From Chlamydiae bacterium Ga0074140 (GTDB lineage: Bacteria; Chlamydiota; Chlamydiia; Chlamydiales; Rhabdochlamydiaceae): 64,000 nt of DNA. The notes below the pieces were generated by a model. The model did not search any database. It was not told the origin of the DNA and worked only from the letters and a program-made list of their open reading frames with translations. The DNA lies in contig LNES01000003.1 of NCBI GenBank assembly GCA_001464115.1, forward strand, positions 516,943-580,942, read 5' to 3'. The position numbers were made by a program, and so were the translations under genes. Positions 36,627 to 47,020 of the stretch are shown here, piece by piece (within the stretch, counting starts at the first letter, position 1; the number at the start of each line of letters is the position of its first letter).

Positions 36627-37583
36627 ATGTTAACACACGAAAAACAGATTCAAGATTACGAGAAAACAATTGCTGATGTGAAAGAGCAGAGCAGCAAGAA
36701 TTCACTCCTGTCTAAAACAGAATTGCGCAACCTGGAAAAGAAGCTTGAACTCTTGAAGCAGCGCGTATACTCGAAACTCACCCCATGGGAGAGAGTGACG
36801 ATCTGTCGCCATCCTGCCCGTCCTCGTGCGGTCGATTACATAAAGCATCTTTGCGAAGATTTTACCGAACTTTCAGGAGATCGTCTTTTCCGAGACGATG
36901 CAGCAGTGATTGCGGGTCTGGGGAAGATCGGCGGCGTTAAATTCATGATCATCGCGCAAGAGAAGGGGTGCGATACTGAAAGCAGGCTCAAGAGAAATTT
37001 TGGGATGCCCCATCCAGAAGGATACCGCAAAGCGATGCGTTGTATGCGTCTAGCTGCAAAATTTAACCTTCCTGTCCTTTCGATCTTAGATACGCCTGGA
37101 GCATATCCCGGCTTAGATGCTGAGGAGCGTGGACAAGGATGGGCGATTGCTCAAAATCTCTGGGAGATGGCAAAACTGCCTACACCAATTATTGTTCTGC
37201 TTGTCGGTGAGGGCTGTTCGGGTGGAGCTCTGGGAATGGGGGTAGGGGATGTGATCGGCATGCTAGAACACTCCTACTATTCAGTGATCTCTCCAGAAGG
37301 TTGCGCTTCGATTCTCTGGAAGGATTCAAATAAGAAAGAGAGCGCGGCCACAACCCTTAAAATTCATGCAGAAGATCTCATTCAATTTGAAATTGTAGAT
37401 GAGATCATCAAAGAGCCCCTTGGAGGTGCACATCATGCCCCCGAGGTTGTGTATCAAAATGTAAAAACATTTGTTCTCCATCAATGGGAGATGTTAAAAC
37501 ATACATCTTCTGATATCCTGATCGAACAGCGTTATCAAAAATTCCGCAAGATGGGGAAATTTACGGATGAAACTTCTACTTAA
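36627..37583 (+). CDS. accA: Acetyl-CoA carboxylase carboxyltransferase subunit alpha
   Basis: Blocks [38 protein letters not shown] and [10 protein letters not shown]. Confidence 0.93.
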   Translation: MLTHEKQIQDYEKTIADVKEQSSKNSLLSKTELRNLEKKLELLKQRVYSKLTPWERVTICRHPARPRAVDYIKHLCEDFTELSGDRLFRDDAAVIAGLGKIGGVKFMIIAQEKGCDTESRLKRNFGMPHPEGYRKAMRCMRLAAKFNLPVLSILDTPGAYPGLDAEERGQGWAIAQNLWEMAKLPTPIIVLLVGEGCSGGALGMGVGDVIGMLEHSYYSVISPEGCASILWKDSNKKESAATTLKIHAEDLIQFEIVDEIIKEPLGGAHHAPEVVYQNVKTFVLHQWEMLKHTSSDILIEQRYQKFRKMGKFTDETST

Positions 37584-39366
37584 AGCCGCTCTACGTAGCC
37601 GTAAGCATCTCACTCTGCTCATGGCCACATTCTTGACTCTATTTGCTCTCACAATTGCCAACACAATGGAGATGTTTGCTCTCGGCGTGCTTTCAAGCTT
37701 GCAGGAGACTAAAGTCTCCGCTCCAATCCAGAAGGAGACTAATCCTCTCAACTGGCTGATCCAGGAGGTCAAGCAGGAGTTCCAGGTATCAGATAATATC
37801 AATGCCTTGGTAGCCATTTTAGTTGCTGTTGCGGTCTTTAAAGCGATCTGGCTGTTCGCAAGTCGTTATACCACGCAAATCCTCTCGATTCGTGTGAGTC
37901 GAGATCTTCGCCAACAGTATTTTGAGCATATCCAATCTCTGCCGATGAGTTTTTATCAGCAGCACAACATTGGGGGGCTTTCCTCTCGAGTGGTCGGAGA
38001 TGCAGGACAGATCGCCAACTCGATCAACTCCTGGATGACAAACTATCTTCAGACACCCTTTACTATCGTGACCAACCTCGGGATGTGTTTCTACCTCTCG
38101 TGGGAGCTCTCTCTGGTGATTTTTTTTGGCGTTCCTCTCATTATTCTTCCCATTGTTTTTCTGGCGAAGCGCGTGAAACGCGTATCGCGCCAACTGCAAA
38201 AAAATCAGGAAAAATTTGCCTCAGTATTAATCGATTTTCTCGCAGGCATTCAGACTGTAAAAATCTTTGCCATGGAGCTCTTCTCGCTGAAAAAATACAA
38301 AGAGCAGAATGACAGAATGGCGGTGCTCGAGAGCAAAACAGCAAAATATGGACTCCTGACACGCCCAATTTTACACGCCGTTACCACGCTTTGTTTGGCG
38401 AGTGTTGTCCTATTTGGTCTTTATACGCTCGAGATGAGCATCTCGCATCTCATCGTGTTCTGTGGACTCCTCCATTTGATCTATGAGCCTGTAAAAAAGT
38501 TTGCCGATGAGAACGCAAATATCCAGAGAGGTGTCGTCGCTGCAGAGCGTATGTTTGAAGTTTTAGGACAGCGTTCTATTTTGGAGGATAAGCCAGGCGC
38601 TATCGAACTCAAAAAGTTCGACGACAGCATCGAATTTGACCACGTCTGGTTTCGCTATGAAGGGGAGTGGGTGCTCAAAGACCTCAGTTTTAAAGTTCGC
38701 AAAGGGGAGACAGTTGCGATTGTAGGTCCCACCGGAGCCGGTAAATCCACAATCGTCCAGCTCATGCCGCGCCTTTATGATGTTCAAAAAGGTGAGATCC
38801 GTGTTGATGGTAAGCCACTTTCAAGCTACACACAGAAGTCGCTCCGCGAGTGTATCGGGTTCGTTTCGCAGAGACCCTTTCTTTTTTATGATACCGTCGC
38901 ATCGAATATCGCCTACGGCCGTAACTTCACAAGGGAAGCAATCGAAAGTGCCGCACGACGTGCACATGCAGAAGAGTTTATTGTCCGTCTTCCAGAGAAA
39001 TATGACTCTCTGCTTGCCGAAGCGGGAAAGAGTCTTTCCGGCGGGCAGCAGCAGCGGCTCGCAATTGCGCGAGCTCTCGTAAAAAACGCTCCCATTCTGA
39101 TCTTGGATGAAGCGACATCCGCGCTCGATGCAATCAGCGAGAATCGGATCAAAAAGGCGATCGCAGAGCTTCACGGCGAGGTCACGCAGATCATTATCGC
39201 CCACCGTCTAGCCACAATCGAACATGCCGATAGGATCATCTACCTCGAGCGCGGCGAAAAAGTTGCCGAAGGCACGAGAGACCAACTTCTGCAGACCTGC
39301 AAAGGCTTCAAGGAGATGTGGGAAGCCCTCTACCGAACCGATAGAGAAGCGCTAGTCTCTGAATAA
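37567..39366 (+). CDS. ABC transporter permease/ATP-binding protein (MsbA-like exporter)
   Basis: A six-helix TMD followed by an NBD. Walker A is GPTGAGKST, the signature is LSGGQQQR and Walker B is [12 protein letters not shown]. Confidence 0.85.
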   Translation: MKLLLKAALRSRKHLTLLMATFLTLFALTIANTMEMFALGVLSSLQETKVSAPIQKETNPLNWLIQEVKQEFQVSDNINALVAILVAVAVFKAIWLFASRYTTQILSIRVSRDLRQQYFEHIQSLPMSFYQQHNIGGLSSRVVGDAGQIANSINSWMTNYLQTPFTIVTNLGMCFYLSWELSLVIFFGVPLIILPIVFLAKRVKRVSRQLQKNQEKFASVLIDFLAGIQTVKIFAMELFSLKKYKEQNDRMAVLESKTAKYGLLTRPILHAVTTLCLASVVLFGLYTLEMSISHLIVFCGLLHLIYEPVKKFADENANIQRGVVAAERMFEVLGQRSILEDKPGAIELKKFDDSIEFDHVWFRYEGEWVLKDLSFKVRKGETVAIVGPTGAGKSTIVQLMPRLYDVQKGEIRVDGKPLSSYTQKSLRECIGFVSQRPFLFYDTVASNIAYGRNFTREAIESAARRAHAEEFIVRLPEKYDSLLAEAGKSLSGGQQQRLAIARALVKNAPILILDEATSALDAISENRIKKAIAELHGEVTQIIIAHRLATIEHADRIIYLERGEKVAEGTRDQLLQTCKGFKEMWEALYRTDREALVSE

Positions 39367-39387
39367 CGACTCAACGACCTTAGGACA

Positions 39388-40458
39388 CTAGACGTAAATG
39401 CGGGGAACGCGCTCGTTTAATCCGCAGAGGATTTCATAGGGGATCGTGTTGCAGATATTGGCTATCTCTTGAAGAGGGATCTCTTCGCTGCCTTGTTTGC
39501 CAATAAGCACAACCTCATCTCCAACGAAAACGTCATCATTGCCGATATCAACCATAAACTGGTCCATGCAGACGGTTCCAACAATCGGATATTTTTTTCC
39601 CCGAATAAGGACATACCCTTTGTTAGAGAGATCTCTGCGATATCCGTCGCCATAGCCTACGGGGATGGTCACAATGCGAGAACTGCTCTGCGTATGAAAA
39701 GTGTGGTTGTAGCTAATTCCTTTTCCCTTTTCTACTACCTTGAAATAGGAGACTGTAGATTTGAGTGAAAAGCAAGGTGCAATGCCTTCCAAGTCCATGT
39801 ATCCAAATGTCAAAAGCGCAGGGCGCACCATATCCATTTGCGATTCCGGAAATGCCAACATGCCCGTTGAATTCTCAATGTGTCGAATAACCGGTTTGTC
39901 GATTTTTTTACAGACTTCTTGAAAGACCTGCATCTGCTCTTTGCCGTAGGCATCGGTTCCCGCTAGGTGGGAATAGATCCCTACGATCTCAAAGCATGGA
40001 TCGTGTGCGAGCTCCCGATACAACCCGAGCGCGGTTTCTGGTCGCATGCCCGTACGGTGCATCCCTGTATCCACTTCGATGTGTACTTTACACCGGTTTC
40101 CAAGAAGTTTGCACTGTGTACGGATCAGCTCTGCTTTTAAACGCGAGCTTACAGAGATCTCTAGGCCGTTTATAAGAAGATCTTCAACCTGTTCTTTATG
40201 TATCGCTCCCAATACCAGTATCGGTATTTTCACTCCTGCTCGACGCAATAGAGCTCCTTCATTCGCATGCGCCACCGCTAAATAATCGACGCCCTCTTCC
40301 GCAGCGATCTTGCCCATTGCCACAAGCCCATGCCCGTATGCATTCGCTTTAATCGGCAAACAGAAGAGTCTTTTCCCAATAAATGCGCGCACGGTTTGCA
40401 GATTCTTGCGGAACTGCTGTACGTTGATTTCGATCCAGGTAGGGTGCCAATCGGACAC
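39388..40458 (-). CDS. alr: Alanine racemase
   Basis: PLP site PIKANAYGHG, plus VDTGMHRTG and GYGDGY. I prefer the GTG start at 40458 (AGGA 9 nt upstream) because it sits just after the upstream stop. The track version starts at 40551 and would overlap the upstream gene by 88 nt. Confidence 0.88.
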   Translation of the reverse strand: MSDWHPTWIEINVQQFRKNLQTVRAFIGKRLFCLPIKANAYGHGLVAMGKIAAEEGVDYLAVAHANEGALLRRAGVKIPILVLGAIHKEQVEDLLINGLEISVSSRLKAELIRTQCKLLGNRCKVHIEVDTGMHRTGMRPETALGLYRELAHDPCFEIVGIYSHLAGTDAYGKEQMQVFQEVCKKIDKPVIRHIENSTGMLAFPESQMDMVRPALLTFGYMDLEGIAPCFSLKSTVSYFKVVEKGKGISYNHTFHTQSSSRIVTIPVGYGDGYRRDLSNKGYVLIRGKKYPIVGTVCMDQFMVDIGNDDVFVGDEVVLIGKQGSEEIPLQEIANICNTIPYEILCGLNERVPRIYV

Positions 40459-40463
40459 TGTTT

Positions 40464-41198
40464 TTATCCTTTCAGTTTTCCGAGCTTGATAAATGCGGCT
40501 TTTAGGTCCTGGTTCTCTTTGCGATCGAATGAACCGCTTGATGCAAGCCAAGCAACGTAGTCACCGGGAATGCTTTCTAACGCTTTGCCTTGATGCTTCC
40601 CAAATGGCATGCGCGTTACATTTGTTGGTGCGGAGAGAAGATCGATAACCTGCTGCATTTTGAGATCATCTGTCATCAGCGAGAAGACCTGGCTTAAAAC
40701 CATCACGTCATCAAGGGCGCGGTGCGCTTGATTCGCAGGGATCTGATAAACTTCGCGTAGGGATTGAAGCGTGTGCCGTGGGAGATCGTTGCGATACTTG
40801 CGGGCCCACTTAAGCGAATCTATAAAGGTCCACTTGGGCATTTCCATGCTATGGCGCTTGAACTCTTCTTCGAGGAAAGGCTTATCGAATGCATCGTTGT
40901 TATGTGCAATGAGGACAACCTCCCCTTCGCAGAACGCACAAAATGAGGCACCAACCTCTTTCCAGGTGGGAGCATCTTTTACCATCTCGTCAGAGATATT
41001 ATGAATCGCTGTTGCCTCTTTGGGGATCGGCATTCCTGGATTTACAAGCTCGATAAATGTGCGGTTTTGTAGGAGATCATAGGCCGCAATTTCAATGATG
41101 CGATCTTTGTCGGAACGAATGCCTGTTGTCTCGGTGTCGTAAAAAATTGGACGCATGGGTGCTCTTTTGGTTTTGCTTTCCATTCTAGAAAATTGCAT
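40464..41198 (-). CDS. DEDDh 3'-5' exonuclease (DnaQ-like) with a DUF3820-like C-terminal domain
   Basis: Exo motifs FYDTETTG, IAHNNDAFDKPFL and HRALDDV. The C-terminus MPFGKHQGKALESIPGDYVAWL is DUF3820-like. The true start is probably an internal Met (41183 or 41156). Confidence 0.8.
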   Translation of the reverse strand: MQFSRMESKTKRAPMRPIFYDTETTGIRSDKDRIIEIAAYDLLQNRTFIELVNPGMPIPKEATAIHNISDEMVKDAPTWKEVGASFCAFCEGEVVLIAHNNDAFDKPFLEEEFKRHSMEMPKWTFIDSLKWARKYRNDLPRHTLQSLREVYQIPANQAHRALDDVMVLSQVFSLMTDDLKMQQVIDLLSAPTNVTRMPFGKHQGKALESIPGDYVAWLASSGSFDRKENQDLKAAFIKLGKLKG

Positions 41199-41203
41199 GA
41201 TTT

Positions 41204-41761
41204 GTGTTTATGATTTTCATCGCTTGTTTTCTTGCTCTCTTTTCTCCACTTACCGCAGCGGCTCCTGCAGAAACCCCACTCGAAGTCTTTTTCTCTCCAG
41301 AAGATCATCTTGCGGATCAACTCACTGGTCTAATTGAAAAAGAGGAGAGTTCGATCAAAGTTGCGGCCTATGCGTTCTCCCATTGGAAAATTGCTAAGGC
41401 GCTTTGCGAAGCTAAAGAGAGGGGAGTTAGCATTGAAGTGATCGTCGACCCTTTCTCGCTGAAATTTTCCTCGATTTTAAAAAAGCTTGCAAAAGCAGAG
41501 ATTCCCATCTGGGTGTGGGACCCCGCCTCCTCTTCTACAGGTTCTTCGCTCATGCATGACAAGTTCTGTGTTTTTGGCGAGAGAGCCGTATGGACAGGCT
41601 CCTTCAATTTCACCTACTACGCAGACCACTCCAATCGAGAAAATGCGATTATTCTGAACAACCCCGATGTCGCTAAAAAATTTAACAGGCATTTCGAAAA
41701 GCTGAAAAAGAGCGGCTGTAAGCGCTATACGCCTCCTCCCATCCTCGAAAAAAGACGATGA
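41204..41761 (+). CDS. Phospholipase D family (Nuc-like) protein with signal peptide
   Basis: HKD-type motif HDKFCVFGERAVWTGSFNFT and an N-terminal signal peptide FIACFLALFSPLTAA. Confidence 0.8.
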   Translation: MFMIFIACFLALFSPLTAAAPAETPLEVFFSPEDHLADQLTGLIEKEESSIKVAAYAFSHWKIAKALCEAKERGVSIEVIVDPFSLKFSSILKKLAKAEIPIWVWDPASSSTGSSLMHDKFCVFGERAVWTGSFNFTYYADHSNRENAIILNNPDVAKKFNRHFEKLKKSGCKRYTPPPILEKRR

Positions 41762-41770
41762 AGGAGAAGA

Positions 41771-41800
41771 GATCGGGCCCGTCCACGTGCGTGCCCGATC
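41771..41800. repeat. Family C hairpin (GATCGGGC word)
   Basis: GATCGGGCCCGTCCACGTGCGTGCCCGATC. It is related to the 3' part of the element at 52151-52224. Confidence 0.5.
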
Positions 41801-41855
41801 CCTCCCCTTGCCTCCGGATTGACTTATTCCTCCTCCTCTTGCTACTCTTGAAGGC

Positions 41856-42020
41856 ATGAAAAGCCTAATTTTTCTTATAGTTTTTGCTGGTCTGCTCTTT
41901 TCTCTTTCTGGCTGTTATCAGGCCCATTCTGGCGATGATCTCAGGACCGTTCCTGCGACCAATAATCCCAATATCATCATGCGAGAGAGGAACCCGAGTG
42001 TTCCTGGAGCAAACTTCTAG
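41856..42020 (+). CDS. Small lipoprotein (54 aa)
   Basis: My translation is MKSLIFLIVFAGLLFSLSGCYQAHSGDDLRTVPATNNPNIIMRERNPSVPGANF. It has the lipobox L-S-G-C. It is below the ORF-track cutoff and ends 2 nt before pdhA. RBS spacing is poor. Confidence 0.45.
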   Translation: MKSLIFLIVFAGLLFSLSGCYQAHSGDDLRTVPATNNPNIIMRERNPSVPGANF

Positions 42021-42022
42021 GG

Positions 42023-43066
42023 ATGAAACACGCTAAACCCACCTATAATTTTTTCCCGCACCAGACTGAAAAGGTCGTGCGCGCTCTCGGGAAGGAGAAG
42101 CTGCTCGAGATCTTGAAATCGATGCTTCTCATTCGCAATTTTGAAATCCGCGCAGAATCGGCCTATCAACAGGGAAAGATCGGTGGATTTTTCCACTCCT
42201 ACATGGGACAAGAGGCAGTAGCGGCCGCAGCCTACTCTGCCATTGGAAAGGATCAATGGTGGTCTGGCTCGTATCGTTGCCATGCCTACGCCCTTCTTCT
42301 GGGAGCAACTCCAAACGAACTGATGGCCGAGCTCTACGGAAAAACGACAGGTAATGCAAAAGGTCGCGGTGGATCGATGCACTTTTTTACCGACCGACTT
42401 CTCGGCGGATTCGGCATTGTCGGTGGGCAAATTCCCATAGGAACCGGTGCGGCATTTACGGTCAAATACGCCAAAAATGTAAAACTCAATAAACCAGTAG
42501 CTCCTTGCGAAATTTCGATCTGCTTTTTTGGAGATGGTGCCGTAGCACAAGGCTCTTTCCACGAGTCACTCAATTTAGCCTCTTTGTGGGATCTTCCCTG
42601 CCTCTACGTGATTGAAAATAATCAGTGGGGGATGGGAACCCATGTCGATCGCGCCATCTGCGTAGAGCCTATTGCCGAGAGAAAAGCTCCCGGTTACGAT
42701 ATGCAGAGCTACACATTCGATGGAATGGACTTCTTCAACTGCTATGCAGGATTTCTGCATGTATACGAAGAGATGAAAAAAAATTCTCGTCCTGTCCTGG
42801 TAGAGGTGGTTACAGAGAGGTTCCGCGGACATTCGATCTCTGACCCTGCTCTTTATCGCTCAAAAGATGAGCTCAAATTCTGCATGGAGCGCGATCCTCT
42901 TCTCATTATGCTGAAAACATTATCATCGATGGGAATGCTCTCCGAACAAGAGTATCTTGCAATGGACAAACAGCAGAAAGAGATCGTCTTTGCCGCAATG
43001 AAATTTGCTGATGAAAGCCCTTGGCCCAATCCGATCGAACTCGAAGAGGATGTGTTCGCAAAATGA
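42023..43066 (+). CDS. pdhA: Pyruvate dehydrogenase E1 component subunit alpha
   Basis: ThDP motif region GDGAVAQGSFHESLNLA...IENNQWGMGT, plus the RFRGHS phosphorylation-loop-like motif. Confidence 0.92.
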   Translation: MKHAKPTYNFFPHQTEKVVRALGKEKLLEILKSMLLIRNFEIRAESAYQQGKIGGFFHSYMGQEAVAAAAYSAIGKDQWWSGSYRCHAYALLLGATPNELMAELYGKTTGNAKGRGGSMHFFTDRLLGGFGIVGGQIPIGTGAAFTVKYAKNVKLNKPVAPCEISICFFGDGAVAQGSFHESLNLASLWDLPCLYVIENNQWGMGTHVDRAICVEPIAERKAPGYDMQSYTFDGMDFFNCYAGFLHVYEEMKKNSRPVLVEVVTERFRGHSISDPALYRSKDELKFCMERDPLLIMLKTLSSMGMLSEQEYLAMDKQQKEIVFAAMKFADESPWPNPIELEEDVFAK

Positions 43067-44043
43067 GTACACAAGTTGTTGAGATGCGAGAGGCCCTCCG
43101 CCAGGCGATGGATGAAGAGATGCAGCGCGATCCCGCCGTCTTTATCATCGGAGAAGAGGTCGCAGAGTACAATGGCGCCTATAAGGTCACCAAGGGCATG
43201 CTCGAAAAATGGGGCCCCAATCGTGTAATCGATACGCCGATTGCTGAACTCGGTTTTGCCGGACTCGCCATTGGAGCCGCGATGACTGGTCTTCGCCCCA
43301 TCGTCGAATTCATGAGTTTTAACTTCTCTTTTGTGGGGTGCGATCAGATCATCTCCAACGCGATTAAGATGCACTACATGTCAGGGGGGCGCTATTCAGT
43401 CCCTATTGTGTTCCGCGGACCCAATGGAGCAGCCGCGCAGGTCTCCTCACAACACTCTCACTGCGTTGAGGCGATCTATGGCAATCTTCCAGGGCTTATC
43501 ATCATCGCGCCGAGTAATCCCTACGATGCAAAAGGACTTTTAAAATCCGCGATCCGCAGCAATAATCCCGTTCTCTTTTTGGAAAGCGAACTCTCCTATG
43601 GCGACAAGATGGAAATTCCGACAACGGAGTATCTCGTACCCATCGGGAAGGCGCGTATCGTTCGCGAGGGGACCCATCTCACACTGATCTCGCATAGCCG
43701 CATGGTAAACCTATGTCAAGCTGCCGCAGAGGAGATGGCAAAGAAGGGGGTTTCGGTCGAGCTGATCGATCTTCGTACCATTAAACCCCTCGACATTACA
43801 ACCATTGCCGAATCGGTACGTAAAACACATCGATGCGTTCTTGTGGAAGAGGGACATGTTTTCACGGGAATCTCCGCGGAAATCGGCTTCCAAATTATGG
43901 AACACTGCCTCGATTATCTCGATGCGCCCATTAAGCGAGTGGCACAGCGAGAGACGCCGATGCCCTACTCCAAAGTGCTCGAGAAAGAGACAATGCCGAC
44001 AAAAGAGCGCATCATCGATGCGATCAACGAAGTATTAAGATAG
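43063..44043 (+). CDS. pdhB: Pyruvate dehydrogenase E1 component subunit beta
   Basis: Blocks MREALRQAMDEEM, VIDTPIAELGFAG and a transketolase C-terminal-like region. The start is at the ATGA overlap with pdhA. Confidence 0.92.
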   Translation: MSTQVVEMREALRQAMDEEMQRDPAVFIIGEEVAEYNGAYKVTKGMLEKWGPNRVIDTPIAELGFAGLAIGAAMTGLRPIVEFMSFNFSFVGCDQIISNAIKMHYMSGGRYSVPIVFRGPNGAAAQVSSQHSHCVEAIYGNLPGLIIIAPSNPYDAKGLLKSAIRSNNPVLFLESELSYGDKMEIPTTEYLVPIGKARIVREGTHLTLISHSRMVNLCQAAAEEMAKKGVSVELIDLRTIKPLDITTIAESVRKTHRCVLVEEGHVFTGISAEIGFQIMEHCLDYLDAPIKRVAQRETPMPYSKVLEKETMPTKERIIDAINEVLR

Positions 44044-44052
44044 AGTCATCAT

Positions 44053-45351
44053 ATGCCATTTACACTCACCATGCCCAAACTTTCGCCGACGATGGAAGAG
44101 GGAACCATTGTAAAATGGCGAAAAAAAGAGGGAGAGCGCGTAAAGGTTGGCGATGTTCTTTTCGAGGTTGCAACGGATAAAGCAACCGTTGAACATAGCT
44201 CTCTCGACGATGGCTTTGTGCGCAAAATTCTTGTCAAAGAGGGAGGATCGGCGCAGGTCAATCAAGCTGTTGCTGTCATGACAGAGAAAGCAGACGAGAG
44301 TATCGAAGGCTATGTTCCTGAAGGGGTTGTCCAAAAAGCCGCAGCTCCTGCACCGGCCGCCGCAGAGAAGAAGCAAGAAGAGAAAAAAGTAGAGAGTGTA
44401 AAGCCCTCAGGACTCGGGCTCGAACAGCCTGCATTTGTTCCAGAACCTCCACTCACGAAATATGAATTTGCTGGAAGAGAAGGGGGAGTAGGGGAGCGAG
44501 TTTTAGCCTCTCCGCTCGCAAAACGCCTTGCTAAGGAGCGTGGCATCGATCTCTCCAGCGTGAAGGGATCGGGGCCACATGGGCGCGTCACAAGCCGCGA
44601 TCTCGATCTCGGCCAGAGCGCAGGCGCTGTTGCTTTCGGAAGAAGAGAGACTCCAACAATTGCTCCTGGTACATACGAGGAGATTCCACTCACGCCGATG
44701 CGCAAAGTCATCGCGCGTCGCCTCCAAGAATCAAAGACCTTTATTCCCCATTTTTATGTCTCGCAAGAGGTGAAAGCAGATCCACTCTTTCACGCACGTG
44801 AGCAACTTAAAGCAGGCGGCCTCAAAGTCTCATTTAACGATTTTGTCGTCCGCGCTTCCGCGCTGGCTCTCCGCGAACATCCCGAGATCAACAGCGGCTT
44901 TAATTCGACAAGTGCCAGTATCATTCGCTTCAAAACCATCGATATCAGTATTGCTGTTAGTCTTCCTGAAGGGCTGATCACACCCATCGTTCGCCATGCT
45001 GACTACAAAAACCTTGGGCAACTCTCCTCAGAAATTAAACATCTCGCTGAGAAAGCGCGTCACGGCAAGCTCGCCAGAGAAGAGTATGTAGGAGGATCGT
45101 TTACGATCTCTAACCTCGGCATGTTTGGGATTTCAGAGTTTTTTGCCGTGATCAACCCCCCGCAAGCCGCGATTCTCGCTGTAGGCGGTATCGAAGAGAA
45201 GCCAATTGTAAATAACGGACAAATTGTTCCTGGAAAGACGATGATGATGACGCTCTCAGTCGACCATCGCGTCATCGATGGTTCTGATGCTGCTAAATTC
45301 CTCAAATCAGTGCAAAAATTCCTCGAAAATCCCGCACTTCTCCTGCTTTAG
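44053..45351 (+). CDS. pdhC: Dihydrolipoamide acetyltransferase (E2)
   Basis: Lipoyl domain (EVATDKATVE), a P/A-rich linker, the E3-binding domain SPLAKRLAKERGIDL, and the catalytic DHRVIDG. Confidence 0.9.
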   Translation: MPFTLTMPKLSPTMEEGTIVKWRKKEGERVKVGDVLFEVATDKATVEHSSLDDGFVRKILVKEGGSAQVNQAVAVMTEKADESIEGYVPEGVVQKAAAPAPAAAEKKQEEKKVESVKPSGLGLEQPAFVPEPPLTKYEFAGREGGVGERVLASPLAKRLAKERGIDLSSVKGSGPHGRVTSRDLDLGQSAGAVAFGRRETPTIAPGTYEEIPLTPMRKVIARRLQESKTFIPHFYVSQEVKADPLFHAREQLKAGGLKVSFNDFVVRASALALREHPEINSGFNSTSASIIRFKTIDISIAVSLPEGLITPIVRHADYKNLGQLSSEIKHLAEKARHGKLAREEYVGGSFTISNLGMFGISEFFAVINPPQAAILAVGGIEEKPIVNNGQIVPGKTMMMTLSVDHRVIDGSDAAKFLKSVQKFLENPALLLL

Positions 45352-45365
45352 CCCCCCTCTTTTTT

Positions 45366-45394
45366 GGAGTGCGGTGACAAGTCACACGCACTCC
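45366..45394. terminator. Bidirectional hairpin terminator, minimal family B unit
   Basis: TTTTTT-GGAGTGCG-GTGACAAGTCAC-ACGCACTCC-AAAAA, lying between the convergent pdhC and the 129-aa gene. Confidence 0.65.
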
Positions 45395-45513
45395 AAAAAG
45401 AAAATCCAGAATTTTGTGTAAAATTTTAATAAGAATTGCAGGAGCAGACTAGTGAGAGCTTAGTTATAAATTCTCTATGTAACAAGTTCTTAAGGAATAT
45501 TGGAAGGGTGTTA

Positions 45514-45903
45514 TTATTTGATGGTGCGCGGTAACGAGCCACTCGCATCATTACGCAGGAGCGCAATGGCACTAGAAACGGTGATCGTATCGAGATGGAT
45601 GCTCTCATATGAGCCGCCTTTGACAAGCGTATCGAAGAGGCGCTTCATCTGGATTTTGAGATCTTGGAGATGGGTTTTGAAATTTTCTTCGCTTGAGACG
45701 GGCAATCTTGGAAGAAGCTGGTTCATCTTTTCGACAGTCTGTAGATACTCATCGCGCAGGTGCATGAGCATCTCGACATTGCCGCGATTCTGGCTCATCT
45801 GCTGAACGATCTGATCTACATTCTCCACAAGTTCTTTCAGGTCATGCTGAGGAGAGAATTGCGAAGGAGGAATCTGGCTGCTACCAAGTGGAGGAATGCG
45901 CAT
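45514..45903 (-). CDS. Hypothetical protein
   Basis: 129-aa ORF, predicted helical and Q/E/L-rich. No family recognised. Confidence 0.45.
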   Translation of the reverse strand: MRIPPLGSSQIPPSQFSPQHDLKELVENVDQIVQQMSQNRGNVEMLMHLRDEYLQTVEKMNQLLPRLPVSSEENFKTHLQDLKIQMKRLFDTLVKGGSYESIHLDTITVSSAIALLRNDASGSLPRTIK

Positions 45904-45970
45904 GGGATCACCTTTTTCTCACTCCTTACAAGATCTGTGAATTAAAAGGGAAGAGATGAAAAAAGTTCTC

Positions 45971-47020
45971 TTAAATTTTCGAGGAGGTCGCTTCTAGGAC
46001 AGCCAGTCTCTTTTCTAGCTCTTCGATCTTTTTGACGTATTCGCCGATCTTGCGCAGCTGGACTTGCTGGCGATTATAGTCTGCAAGAGGCATTACAGGG
46101 CCGCCCGCGTATTTGCCGGGTTCGGTGATCGTCTTGCTGACGCCACCTCGGGTCGCGATCATGACATTATCGCAAATCTCTAGATGCCCGACAACGCCGG
46201 CTTGACCTCCGAAGATCACATGTTTGCCCGTTTTTGCAGAACCGGCGATACCCGTTTGCGAGACGATGATGTTATGCTGGCCAATGGTGACGTTGTGGCC
46301 GATTTGTACGAGGTTGTCGATTTTTGTGCCTTTACAAATGCGTGTGACCTTAAAGCGTGCCCGGTCGATGGTGGTACAGGCACCAATCTCGACATCATCT
46401 TCGATGACGACAGTTCCGAGTTGATCAAGCTTCTGGTGTTTTCCTTGTGCATCTGTGACGTACCCAAACCCGCACGATCCGATAATCGCACTGGGTTGCA
46501 AGATGACGCGAGAACCAATCGTGCATTTTTCACGGACAACAACATGCGCGTGGAAAATACAATCTGCACCGATTGTCACGCCGGGACCAATCGACACAAA
46601 GGGTCCAATGCGAGTTCTGTCTTGAATCGAGCATCCTTTATCAATCACAGCGTAAGGGCCAATCTGCACATCGTTGCCGATTTTCACGCTTGGGTGAACG
46701 ACAGCAGTAGGATGGATCCCGACAAAACCAGAGCGCATCTCCTCAGTTAAGAGGAATGTTTCTGCGATCTTTTGAAAAGCGCGCGACGGATCATCGGCAA
46801 CAAGAAAATTTTTCCCTGCAGAAACAGGAACATCTTTGCCGATGCAGATGACCCCGGCTTGCGATTTTTCCATCAATTCGCGGTAGCGGAGATTGGCCAA
46901 AAAGGAGGCCTCTTCACCGGTTGCCGACTCTAGATTGTCGACACCGGAGATCCGGTGATCCGGATCTCCGATCAGTGTAGCGCCACAAATTTTTGCAAGC
47001 TCCTCAAGCCGATAGCTCAT
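45971..47020 (-). CDS. lpxD: UDP-3-O-acylglucosamine N-acyltransferase
   Basis: Hexapeptide-repeat LbH domain, N-terminal LEELAKICGATLIGD, and a C-terminal coiled coil. It has the conserved position after skp. Confidence 0.93.
   Translation of the reverse strand: MSYRLEELAKICGATLIGDPDHRISGVDNLESATGEEASFLANLRYRELMEKSQAGVICIGKDVPVSAGKNFLVADDPSRAFQKIAETFLLTEEMRSGFVGIHPTAVVHPSVKIGNDVQIGPYAVIDKGCSIQDRTRIGPFVSIGPGVTIGADCIFHAHVVVREKCTIGSRVILQPSAIIGSCGFGYVTDAQGKHQKLDQLGTVVIEDDVEIGACTTIDRARFKVTRICKGTKIDNLVQIGHNVTIGQHNIIVSQTGIAGSAKTGKHVIFGGQAGVVGHLEICDNVMIATRGGVSKTITEPGKYAGGPVMPLADYNRQQVQLRKIGEYVKKIEELEKRLAVLEATSSKI

Noticed and set aside
40459-40551. The N-terminal 31 codons of the track's alr ORF, which overlap the upstream exonuclease gene by 88 nt.
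   Set aside because: A GTG at 40458 with an AGGA 9 nt upstream starts right after the upstream stop, and it leaves the conserved alanine racemase core intact. The long overlap is unnecessary.
41198-41204. Apparent 5-bp divergent spacing between the exonuclease start (41198) and the PLD gene start (41204) as a possible shared regulatory oddity.
   Set aside because: This is most likely an artefact of taking the longest ORFs. The exonuclease has in-frame Mets at 41183 and 41156, just before the conserved FYDTETTG motif, and these give a normal divergent promoter region.
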